This document shows positions 46,884-58,795 of a stretch of DNA of 64,000 bases, in pieces. Each line of letters opens with the position of its first letter. The stretch's first letter is position 1. The DNA comes from an uncultured Thermoleophilia bacterium (GTDB lineage Bacteria > Actinomycetota > Thermoleophilia > UBA2241), in the NCBI GenBank assembly GCA_963702475.1, contig CAVPCT010000005.1, positions 32,001 through 96,000 of the forward strand. The letters run 5' to 3'. Below the pieces are notes generated by a model, which was given only the letters and a program-made list of their open reading frames with translations, did no database searches and was not told the DNA's origin. Both the position numbers and the translations under genes were made by a program.

Positions 46884-47387
46884 TTACTGCTGGTCGCGTC
46901 GCGGAAAGACTTCTGCGAGGCGTCGAGCGACGGCCGGCGGGACCAGGTCGTCCACCGACCCCCCGAACGCCGCGATCTCCCTGACCCCACTCGAGCTCAG
47001 GAAGCTGTGCTCGGGCGACGCCATCATGAACACTGTTTCGATGTCGGGCGCCAACTTCCTATTGAGCTGGGCCATGGCGAACTCGTACTCGAAGTCGGAG
47101 ATGGCGCGCAGCCCCTTGAGGATCACGTGGGCGTCCCAGCGCTGCGCGAACTCCACGACGAGCTCGTTGAAGCGGTCGACGATGATGTTGTCGTGGCCGG
47201 CGAGCGCCTCGCGCAGGAACGCCTCGCGCTCGTCGGGGCCGAACAGGGGCGCCTTGCGCTGCGGGACCTCGATGAGACCGACGACCACGCGGCCGAACTT
47301 CGCGGCGCCGCGTCTGATGATGTCGAGGTGTCCCACGGTGACCGGATCGAACGTACCGGGGCAGATGGCGGTGACGTTACGCGGCAC
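46884..47387 (-). CDS. coaD: Phosphopantetheine adenylyltransferase
   Basis: PGTFDPVT.GH, KGLR..SDFEYE, SSS.VRE. Confidence 0.96.
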   Translation of the reverse strand: MPRNVTAICPGTFDPVTVGHLDIIRRGAAKFGRVVVGLIEVPQRKAPLFGPDEREAFLREALAGHDNIIVDRFNELVVEFAQRWDAHVILKGLRAISDFEYEFAMAQLNRKLAPDIETVFMMASPEHSFLSSSGVREIAAFGGSVDDLVPPAVARRLAEVFPRRDQQ

Positions 47388-47404
47388 GGGTGCCCCCCGG
47401 CAGG

Positions 47405-48079
47405 TCAGTCACTCGCGGCCTCACGCTCGTTCGCAACTCCGTCACCGTCCTCGCCGGGCGCCAAGATGGTCACCCGCGTGTCGCCGTACCGCTTCTCCCT
47501 CAGCACCCGCCAGGGCAGTGCGGCGCTCGTGCCGGCGGCAGTCTCGACCACCAGGAGCGCCCCCGCGGAAAGCACCGGCGGCAGCAGCCTCACGAGCTGC
47601 GGCCGCACACCGTCGTACGTCGCATACGGCGGGTCCACGAGCACGAGAGTATATCGCGCGCCGCGCCTGGCGTCAGCTTGCAGGGCGCGGCGCGCGTCCC
47701 CCGTGACCAGCCGCACGCGGGGCGACCGCGCCGGATCCAGGTCCACTCTCTCGAGATTACGGCGCACCGCCTGCACGGCGGCGCGGTCGTTCTCGACGAA
47801 GGTGCACGAAGCGGCGCCCCGCGACAGCGCCTCGATGCCCAGGGCGCCGCTGCCGGCGAACAGGTCGAGGACGGCGTGGCCGGCGAGCGGGCCGACGGCG
47901 GCCTCCGGCGGGGAGGCGGGCCCGCGCCCGGCGACCGGCGAGGCCGCGGCAAGCGGCGCGGCGATGGCGCCGAGCATACCGAAGACGGCCTCCCGGACCT
48001 TGTCGGAGGTCGGCCGAGTCGCACGGCCGGCCGGGGCCGCGAGCGGCCGGCCCCTCCACTCCCCACCGACGACCCTCAC
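47405..48079 (-). CDS. rsmD: 16S rRNA m2G966 methyltransferase
   Basis: RPTSDKVREA.F, LDLFAGSGALGIEALSRGA, DPPY, YGDT. Confidence 0.92.
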   Translation of the reverse strand: MRVVGGEWRGRPLAAPAGRATRPTSDKVREAVFGMLGAIAAPLAAASPVAGRGPASPPEAAVGPLAGHAVLDLFAGSGALGIEALSRGAASCTFVENDRAAVQAVRRNLERVDLDPARSPRVRLVTGDARRALQADARRGARYTLVLVDPPYATYDGVRPQLVRLLPPVLSAGALLVVETAAGTSAALPWRVLREKRYGDTRVTILAPGEDGDGVANEREAASD

Positions 48080-49377
48080 GCGCCGGCGTCGTCGCGGCCG
48101 AGCACCACACGGCGCACCGGCGGCGGGACGGGGCCGACGGTGAAGGCACCCTCGAGCACGCGTGAAGCGGCGGTCCGCCGCGCCGCGTCCCGGGAGAACA
48201 CCGCGGCCAGAGGCTCGCCGGCCTCCACGGGGTCGCCCACGACCTTCTGGAGAAGGACACCCGCGGCGGGGTCGACGGAGTCGTCCACCCGCTGACGGCC
48301 GGCGCCGGCGAACTGCGCCGCCCGGCCCACGGCCAGGGCGTCGATGGCCGTGAGATAGCCGCATGCCGGTGCCGCGACCTCGTGGGCGGCAAGGCGGTGG
48401 AACGCGCCGGGCTCCCAGCGCCCGCCCTGTACGAAACACCAGCGCTCGAAGTGCTCGGCGGCGCGGCCGTCGGCGAGCGCCGCCTCGGCCCGGCGCCGCC
48501 CCTCGGCTTCGTCGACCCCGAGGTCGGACAGGGCGAGCAGAGCCCCGGCGATCGTCAGCACCACCTCACGCACGTCGTCCGCACCCTCACCGTTCAGCAC
48601 CTGCCAGGCCTCCTCGACCTCGAGGCGGTTGCCCACGGTGCGCCCCAGCGGGGAGTCCATGTCGGTGAAGACGCAGGTCGTCGGACGCTCGTAGGCGTCG
48701 CCGACGAGGCGGCAGAGGCGGGCGAGCTCGCGCGCGTGCTCGAGGTCGCGGATGAAGGCGCCCCTGCCCACCTTGATGTCGAGCACGAGCGCAGCGGTCC
48801 CGCTGGCCACTTTCTTGCTCATGATGCTGGCGGCGATGAGCCCGTCGCAGTCGACGGTCGCCGTCACATCGCGCAGCGCGTACAGGATGCGGTCGGCGGG
48901 CACGACGCGCTCGCTCTGGCTGCACACGGCGACGCCGATGCGCTCGAGCTGACGGACGAACTCGCCCTGTGGGAGCTGCACGCGGAAGCCGGGGATGGAC
49001 TCCAGCTTGTCCAGCGTCCCGCCGGTGTGCCCGAGGCCGCGCCCCGACATCTTGCCGAAAACGGCGCCGCAGCTGGCGACGAGCGGCGCCAGCACCAGCG
49101 TGACCTTGTCGCCGACCCCGCCGCTGGAGTGCTTGTCGAGCACCGGGCGACGCACCACTCGAAGATCCAGGAGCTTGCCGCTCTCCACCATGGCGCGGGC
49201 GAGCTCGACGGTCTCCTCGTCGTCGAGACCCCGCAGGGTGATGGCCATGAGCAGGGCACCCGCCTGGTAGGGCGGGACCGCGCCGCTCACCACGCCGTCG
49301 ACGAACGCCTTGAGTCGCTCGGCGTCGAGGCGCCTGCCGTCGCGCTTCCAGGCGATCACGTCGTTGACGAAGTCCAC
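48076..49377 (-). CDS. pdp: Pyrimidine-nucleoside (thymidine) phosphorylase
   Basis: DKHSSGGVGDK, KMSGRGLGHTGGTLDKLESIPG, YALRDVT, SIMSKK. Confidence 0.93.
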   Translation of the reverse strand: MDFVNDVIAWKRDGRRLDAERLKAFVDGVVSGAVPPYQAGALLMAITLRGLDDEETVELARAMVESGKLLDLRVVRRPVLDKHSSGGVGDKVTLVLAPLVASCGAVFGKMSGRGLGHTGGTLDKLESIPGFRVQLPQGEFVRQLERIGVAVCSQSERVVPADRILYALRDVTATVDCDGLIAASIMSKKVASGTAALVLDIKVGRGAFIRDLEHARELARLCRLVGDAYERPTTCVFTDMDSPLGRTVGNRLEVEEAWQVLNGEGADDVREVVLTIAGALLALSDLGVDEAEGRRRAEAALADGRAAEHFERWCFVQGGRWEPGAFHRLAAHEVAAPACGYLTAIDALAVGRAAQFAGAGRQRVDDSVDPAAGVLLQKVVGDPVEAGEPLAAVFSRDAARRTAASRVLEGAFTVGPVPPPVRRVVLGRDDAGA

Positions 49378-49394
49378 GCAGCCGTCCTCCCGGG

Positions 49395-50180
49395 TCACGC
49401 TGAGACGAGGCCGGGCCAGCGCGCCGCCACGGCGGCACCGAGCCCGGCGGAGAGGTTGCGCGCGGCGCGTGCGCCGCGCGCCAGGACCTCCTCGTGTGAG
49501 CCTACCTCGGCGGCCCTGTTGGCGACCACCGCGAGGAGCAGGCACTCGGCGCCGGCGCTCGCGGCAGCGCGCACCTCCGGAGCCGCCGACATGCCGACCA
49601 CGTCGCCCTGGCCGGCCAGCCACTCGACCTCCGCTCTGGTCTCGAACTGCGGCCCCGAAACGGCGCAGTACACGCCGGTGCGGGCCGCAGCGCCCAGGGC
49701 GGCGAGCGTCTTGGCGACCGCCGCCGCTCCGGCCCCTCCGCACACGACGAGCCGCTGCGCGCGGACGCCGGAGGGCGGGGCCTGGAGATCGGCCACCGTG
49801 TGGCACACGACCACGTCGCCGGGCTCCACCTCCGGGTGCAGCGACCCCGTCGAGTTCGTCAGCACGACCCGCGTGACGGCGGCGGCCGCGAGTCCGCGGA
49901 CCGGCCGCCACAGCTCCTCCACGGACCAGCCCTCGTAGACGTGTGGGCGGCCGCAGGCCAGGGCCAGGCGCAGCCTGGCCTCACCTGCGGCCACACCGGT
50001 CACCAGCCGGAGCACGTTGGCGTGACCGGGGACGGCCGTGCACGGCCAGCCGAGCTCGGCGTAGCCAAGTTCGTCCTCGAGCACCGCCCCAGCGGGCAGG
50101 GCCTCGAGGCCCGAACCGAAGACCACGGCGGCCTGCGCGCCGAACGCGGCGAGCCGCCGGTTCGCGGCGGAGGCCGCCAT
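49395..50180 (-). CDS. Purine nucleoside phosphorylase (trimeric type, divergent)
   Basis: GSGL, VPGH, GRPHVYEG, GPQFETRAE, VGMS..PE. Confidence 0.8.
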   Translation of the reverse strand: MAASAANRRLAAFGAQAAVVFGSGLEALPAGAVLEDELGYAELGWPCTAVPGHANVLRLVTGVAAGEARLRLALACGRPHVYEGWSVEELWRPVRGLAAAAVTRVVLTNSTGSLHPEVEPGDVVVCHTVADLQAPPSGVRAQRLVVCGGAGAAAVAKTLAALGAAARTGVYCAVSGPQFETRAEVEWLAGQGDVVGMSAAPEVRAAASAGAECLLLAVVANRAAEVGSHEEVLARGARAARNLSAGLGAAVAARWPGLVSA

Positions 50181-51322
50181 CACGCCATGGACCTGCCGGG
50201 CAGCGGGGGCTCCTCCCGGGTGAGCAGCGCGAACGCCGTGGCGCCGACGTCCTCCTGAGCGCCGTCCCATCGCCCGGGGCGCAGGCCGGTGGCCATCAGC
50301 GGCGAGTACTCCCGCGAGTGGTCGGTGCTCTCGGTGGTCGGATCGACCCCGTGGTCGGCGCACAGGATCATGGCGTCGCCGGGCCGCAGCAGCGTCAGCC
50401 ACTCCCCGACCGCGCGATCGACGGCCGCCAGCCCCTCCGCGAAGCCGGCTACGTCGTTGCGGTGGCCCCACACCTGGTCGAAGTCGACCAGGTTGGCGAA
50501 CAGCAGGCCCTCGTCCATCTCCGTGAGGTGTCGCGTGCAGGCGGCGATGCCGTCGGTGTTGTTGGTGGTGTGGTCGTCCACGTCGACGCCGCGTTGCACG
50601 AAGATCTCGCCGATCTTGCCGACACCGACCACGGCGACGCCGCGCTCGTGCAACAGGTCGAGGTACGTCGGACCCGGCGGCTCCAGCGAGAAATCACGCC
50701 GCCGCGGCGTGCGCGCGTAGTCTCCGGACGCGCCGGCGAACGGCCGCGCGATCACCCTGCCGACGGCATGGGACCCCTGCAGGATGGCGCGCGCCGTCTC
50801 GCACCACTCGTACAGTCGCCGGACCGGCACGACGTCTTCGTGGCAGGCGAGCTGGAAGACCGAGTCGGCCGACGTGTACACGATGGGCCTGCCGGTAGCC
50901 ACGTGCTCGTCGCCGAGCTCGTCGATGACGGCCGTGCCCGAAGCCGGGAGGTTGCACAGCGTGCCCCGGCCGATGGCCCGCTCGAACGGCTCCATCACCT
51001 CCGGGGGAAAGCCGTGCGGGTAGGTCGGGAACGGCCGCTCGAGCACGACGCCCATCATCTCCCAGTGGCCGGTGGTGGTGTCCTTGCCGGCGCCGTGCTC
51101 CAGGAGGCGACCGTACGTCGCCGAGGGCCACGGCGCACCCAGCGGCAGGCCGGTGACCTCGGAGAGGCCGAGGCCCACCAGGTTCGGCAGATCGACCCCG
51201 GAGCGCTCGAGGACGTGCCGCAGCGTGTCCGAGCCCTCGTCGCCGTACGCCGCCGCATCCGGAAGCTCGCCGGCGCCGACGCCGTCCAGCACGCACACGA
51301 ACACGCGAGTCATACTCGTCAC
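50180..51322 (-). CDS. deoB: Phosphopentomutase
   Basis: VLDGVG.G..PDA..YGD.G, GKDTTTGHWE, YTSADSVFQ, NLVDFD..WGHR, ADHG.DP. Confidence 0.95.
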   Translation of the reverse strand: MTSMTRVFVCVLDGVGAGELPDAAAYGDEGSDTLRHVLERSGVDLPNLVGLGLSEVTGLPLGAPWPSATYGRLLEHGAGKDTTTGHWEMMGVVLERPFPTYPHGFPPEVMEPFERAIGRGTLCNLPASGTAVIDELGDEHVATGRPIVYTSADSVFQLACHEDVVPVRRLYEWCETARAILQGSHAVGRVIARPFAGASGDYARTPRRRDFSLEPPGPTYLDLLHERGVAVVGVGKIGEIFVQRGVDVDDHTTNNTDGIAACTRHLTEMDEGLLFANLVDFDQVWGHRNDVAGFAEGLAAVDRAVGEWLTLLRPGDAMILCADHGVDPTTESTDHSREYSPLMATGLRPGRWDGAQEDVGATAFALLTREEPPLPGRSMA

Positions 51323-52364
51323 TCCTCCTCGTCGCCGCCCGGGTCTCCGCCGGCGTCTCGTGCCGGGCGACCTTGCGGCTCCGGCCCCGAGCGCACCCGG
51401 CCGGCGCCGGCCGCGCGACGCGCCCGCGGGTGGGTCTCGAGGTACACCTCCCGAAGGTGCTCCACGGTCACGTGAGTGTACAGCTGCGTCGTGGCGACGT
51501 TGGCGTGGCCGAGCATCTCCTGCACGCTACGCAGGTCGGCCCCCGCGGCCAGCAGATGGGTGGCGAACGAGTGGCGCAGCGTGTGTGCGCTGGCGCGGCC
51601 GAGAAGACCGGCGCGCTCCAGCGTCTTGCGCAGCAGGTAGTCGAGGCCCTGGCGGGTGAGCGGCGCGCCGCGCGCGTTGAGGATCAGTTCCGGGCGGCGG
51701 CGGCCCTTGAGCAGTTGCCGGCGCCCATCCCTCAGGTAGCGGCCGAGCGCCGCCTGCGCGGCGCCGCCCATGGGCACCACCCGTTCCTTGTCGCCTTTCC
51801 CGGTACAGCGCACGAGACCGGCCTCCAGGTCGGCGTCGCCCTCGCGCAGGCCGAGCAGCTCGCTGGCGCGGAGGCCGCACCCGTACAGCAGCTCCAGGGC
51901 AGCGAGGTCGCGCTGGCCGAGCGGCCCGGCCGGCACGACGGCGGCGAGCAGCCGGCCGGCCTCCTCCACCGACAAGACGCGCGGAAGGTCCTCCGGCCGC
52001 TTGGGCGTGCGCAGCGTGGCCGAGGGATCATCGGCCCTCATGCCCTCCCGGGCGAGGAACGCATAGAAGGTGCGCAGGGTCGCGGTGCGGCGCGCCACGG
52101 AGCTGGCCGCGCCGTCTCCCCCCTCCCCTCGAAGTAGGCGCGCAGGTCGTCGGCGCCCGCCTCCGACGGCAGCACCCGCCGCGGGACGAGGAACTCGGCG
52201 TAGCGGCGCAGGTCGCGACCGTACGCCTCCACGGTGTTCAGGCTGAGTCCACGCTCGTAGCGCACGTGGTCGAGGAACTCCAGGACGAGAGGATCGAGCG
52301 GCGTCGCCGGGGGCCGTGCAGCCCCTTCTGCGCGCCGCCCCGCCGCGCCGGGGGCCACGCCCAC
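51319..52364 (-). pseudogene. xerD: Tyrosine recombinase XerD, frameshifted in this sequence (possibly a sequencing error)
   Basis: N-terminus (EFLDHVRYERGLSLNTVEAYGRDL) and remainder (SSVARR..., HTLRHSFATH, TTQLY) are in different frames, switching at G4/G6 runs 52118-52128. Confidence 0.8.
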
Positions 52365-52366
52365 TC

Positions 52367-55476
<3,110 letters not shown>

Positions 55477-57120
55477 TCAGCGCCCGCCGGAGGCGCGCTG
55501 AAGGAGGCGCTCGGCGTGACTGCGCGCGGCCGCGTCGTCGGGCGCGGCGCCGAGCATGCGGCAGAGCTCGGCGAGGCGCTCTTCGCCATCCACACGGCGC
55601 ACCACGGTCACGGTGCTGCCGGCCTCGGGGTCGCTCTCCTTGACGATGGCGAACTGCCGCTCCGCATAGGCGGCCACCTGCGGCAGGTGCGTGATGCAGA
55701 CCACCTGCCGCCCCTCCGCGAGGCGCGCAAGGCGCTCGCCGAGGGCCGAGGCGGTCACGCCGCCGATGCCGGTGTCGACCTCGTCGAAGATGAGCGTCTC
55801 CACGTCGTCACCGAGCGTCACGAGGCCGCGGATGGCGAGCATGGCGCGGGAAAGCTCGCCCCCTGAAGCCGTGTCGCGTAACGGACGCGGCGGCACGCCG
55901 GGGTTGGCACTGAAGGTGAACTCGACCTCATCAGCGCCTCGCGGCCCCAGCGCCTGCCAATCCTTGCCGCGTGGCTCCACCACGATGCTGAAGCTCGCGT
56001 GCGGCATGGCGAGGCCGCGCAGCTCGTCCTGCACGCGGCCGGCGATGACAGGCGCCGCCGCGCGGCGCGCCGCCGTGAGGCGGGCGGCCGCGCTCGCCGC
56101 CGCCTGCTGCGCCTCTTCGGCGCGCCGCGTGAGCGCTTCCTCGTCGGCCTCGAACTCCTCGAGCCGCGCCAGCCGTGCGCGTGCCGTGCGGCCGTACTCC
56201 AGCACCTCGTCGGCCGATCCTCCGTACTTGCGCATGAGCGCCTTGAGCTTGTCGTAGCGCAACTCCAGCGCGTCGCGGTGCGCCGGGTCGACATCGAGGT
56301 CGTCAAGATACGCGCGCAACGCGGCGGCGACGTCGTCCAGCTCGACGGCGAGACCGTCGAGCCGCGCAGCGGCGCCGTCCAGCGCCGCGTCGAGCGCCGC
56401 CGCCTCGCCGACGAGCCGCTGCGCGACGCGCACGGCGTCGAGGGCGGCGGCCTCGCTCTCGCCGGCGAGCAGACCGAGGGCACCGCCGGCGCGCTCGAGC
56501 AGCTTGCCGGCGTGCCGTAGACGCTCGCGCTCCGCACCGAGCCTCTCGTCCTCTCCCGGCTGCACGCCGGCGGCGTCGATCTCGGCCGTCTGGTACCGCA
56601 GCATCTCGATCTCGCGCTCGCGCTCCCGGCCGACGCCGCGCAGCTCTTCCAGCTCCCGCGTGAGCGTGCGAGCCAGCTCGTGGGCCGACACGTACTCCGC
56701 CAGCAGCGGCGCCACGGCGTCGGCCGCCGCGTCGAGCAGGTCCAGCTGCCGCTCGAGCTGCAGCAGCCGCGTGTGCTCGAGCTGCCCATAGAACGCCAGC
56801 CGCGCTCGCAAGGCCTCTTCCACGGCAGCCGCGGAGCTGTACAGGCCGTCCAGATGCGAACGCGAGCGCCCGCCGCGCGGCAGCTCGCGCGCCACGGCCA
56901 GGGTCTCCCCATTCTCGAACAGCGCCTGCACGAGCGCCCGTTGCGCGCCCGGGCGAACGAGCTCGTCGCCGCCTTTCTGACCCAGGAGCAGGCCGATGGC
57001 CTGGGCCAGCAGGCTCTTGCCCGCCCCGGTCTCGCCGGTGATGACGTTGAGACCCGGCGCGAACTCGAGCCGCGCCGCGGCGATCAGCACGAGGTCGTCG
57101 ATGGAGAGCTCGACCAGCAT
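55477..57120 (-). CDS. recN: DNA repair protein RecN
   Basis: TGETGAGKS, ASGGELSR, IFDEVDTG, CITHLPQVA. Confidence 0.95.
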   Translation of the reverse strand: MLVELSIDDLVLIAAARLEFAPGLNVITGETGAGKSLLAQAIGLLLGQKGGDELVRPGAQRALVQALFENGETLAVARELPRGGRSRSHLDGLYSSAAAVEEALRARLAFYGQLEHTRLLQLERQLDLLDAAADAVAPLLAEYVSAHELARTLTRELEELRGVGREREREIEMLRYQTAEIDAAGVQPGEDERLGAERERLRHAGKLLERAGGALGLLAGESEAAALDAVRVAQRLVGEAAALDAALDGAAARLDGLAVELDDVAAALRAYLDDLDVDPAHRDALELRYDKLKALMRKYGGSADEVLEYGRTARARLARLEEFEADEEALTRRAEEAQQAAASAAARLTAARRAAAPVIAGRVQDELRGLAMPHASFSIVVEPRGKDWQALGPRGADEVEFTFSANPGVPPRPLRDTASGGELSRAMLAIRGLVTLGDDVETLIFDEVDTGIGGVTASALGERLARLAEGRQVVCITHLPQVAAYAERQFAIVKESDPEAGSTVTVVRRVDGEERLAELCRMLGAAPDDAAARSHAERLLQRASGGR

Positions 57121-57129
57121 GAGCGGCGC

Positions 57130-57999
57130 TCAGCGCGCGTCGCGGCGGTCGAAGAGCTTCTCTTCGACGTTCTGGTAGAACGAGCCCTCGCCGCTCACCA
57201 TGAGGCGGGCGCGCTTGTGCCCCGCGACGATGCGCACCTCGTCGCCGCAGCACAGCCGGCCGCACGTGTCGCCGTCCACCACGATCTCCGCCTCCTGTTG
57301 GGGCGAGACGTTGCGCGCGGTGATGACGTGGTCGGGGCGCAGGATGACCGGCCGGAACCCCAGCGAGTGCGGAGCGATGAAGTTCAGTACAAGCACGCCG
57401 GCGTCCCACTCCACGATGGGGCCGCCACACGAGAGGTTGTACGCGGTGGAGCCGGTGGGCGACGCGATGATGAGCCCGTCGCAGAACATGGTGCCGACGG
57501 TGACGCCCGCAACCTCGTATTGCAGGTTGAGCACGTGACGGGGGTGCACGCGGCTGAGGATGACGTCGTTGACTGCGGTGAACTGCCGGCCGTTGACCCG
57601 CGCATCGACGGTGAGCAGCCGGATAACGCGGTGCTCCCCCCGGAGCATCGGCACGAGCTCCGCCTCCCATTCGTGCCGCGAGAGCGAAGCGAGAAACCCG
57701 ACGTTGCCGTAGTTGACACCCAGCACCGGCACGGTGCCGTCGATGAACCGGCCGAGAGCGCGCAGGATGGCGCCGTCGCCGGCGAAGACGATGCAGAGGT
57801 CTGCCTGACTGGCCTCGTCCTCCGCGACCACGCGGTAGCCGTCGAGGACTCCGCCGGCGTGCCTGGCGGCCTCGTCGGCGGGCACCAGCAACTCCAGACC
57901 AAGCCTCGTGCGAGCCGCGGCGAGCTGCCGCAGCGCCGCCTCGGCCTCGGGCTTGCCCGGGCCGCTGAGCGCGACGATACGGCGCAGGCGCTCAGCCAT
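57130..57999 (-). CDS. nadK: NAD kinase
   Basis: GDGA.L, G.VGFL, ND, DGLI.ASPTGSTAYNLSCGGP. Confidence 0.93.
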   Translation of the reverse strand: MAERLRRIVALSGPGKPEAEAALRQLAAARTRLGLELLVPADEAARHAGGVLDGYRVVAEDEASQADLCIVFAGDGAILRALGRFIDGTVPVLGVNYGNVGFLASLSRHEWEAELVPMLRGEHRVIRLLTVDARVNGRQFTAVNDVILSRVHPRHVLNLQYEVAGVTVGTMFCDGLIIASPTGSTAYNLSCGGPIVEWDAGVLVLNFIAPHSLGFRPVILRPDHVITARNVSPQQEAEIVVDGDTCGRLCCGDEVRIVAGHKRARLMVSGEGSFYQNVEEKLFDRRDAR

Positions 58000-58792
58000 G
58001 GGCCCGCGCCACCGCGGCCGCCGCCGCGGCCACGGCGTCGACGGGCGCCGCCGGGAGCGGCGCGCCCGCATCACAGAAGTAGACGAAGTACTCCACGTTG
58101 CCCTTGGGTCCGGGGTGGCCTGAGTCGCAGATGCCCAGCACCGCGGCGCCCCGCTCGACAAGCCACGAGCTCACGGCCTCCAGCACGCCGACCTGCACCT
58201 GCGGGTCGCGCACCACGCCGCCCTTGCCGACCCGCTCGCGGCCGGCCTCGAACTGGGGTTTGACGAGCACAAGACCTCGGTACCCTCGGCGCAGCGATTC
58301 TAGCACGGGCCCCAGAGCCACCGTCAGGGAGATGAACGACAGGTCCGCGGTGACAAACGAGGGCTGGAACGGTAGACGTTCGGGGGTCAGGTAGCGGGCG
58401 TTCGTACGTTCGAGCACCGCGACCCGCGGATCCTCGCGCAGCCGCCAGTCGAGTTGCCCGTAGCCCACGTCCACGGCGACCACTCGGGCGGCGCCCCCCT
58501 GCAGAAGGCGGTCGACGAAGCCTCCGGTGGAGCTCCCGAGATCGCACACGTCCTCGCCCGTCACGTCCACGCCGAGCACCGCCATCGCGTGGTCGAGCTT
58601 GTCGCCGCCACGGGAGACGAAGCGCGGCCGTTCGGCCACAGTGAGGGGCGATCCGTCGTCGACCAGGGTGCCCGGCTTGTCGGTGACCTGCTCGCCCACC
58701 CTCACCTCGCCGGCGAGGACCGCCGCCCGGGCCTGGGCACGGGTGGCGAAGAGGCCGCGGGCCACGAGCAGCGCGTCCAGCCGCTCGCGCAC
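57992..58792 (-). CDS. tlyA: TlyA family rRNA 2'-O-methyltransferase
   Basis: RLD, VSRGG.KL, DLGSSTGGF, LVKPQFE, GNVEY. Confidence 0.94.
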   Translation of the reverse strand: MRERLDALLVARGLFATRAQARAAVLAGEVRVGEQVTDKPGTLVDDGSPLTVAERPRFVSRGGDKLDHAMAVLGVDVTGEDVCDLGSSTGGFVDRLLQGGAARVVAVDVGYGQLDWRLREDPRVAVLERTNARYLTPERLPFQPSFVTADLSFISLTVALGPVLESLRRGYRGLVLVKPQFEAGRERVGKGGVVRDPQVQVGVLEAVSSWLVERGAAVLGICDSGHPGPKGNVEYFVYFCDAGAPLPAAPVDAVAAAAAAVARAHG

Positions 58793-58795
58793 AGG

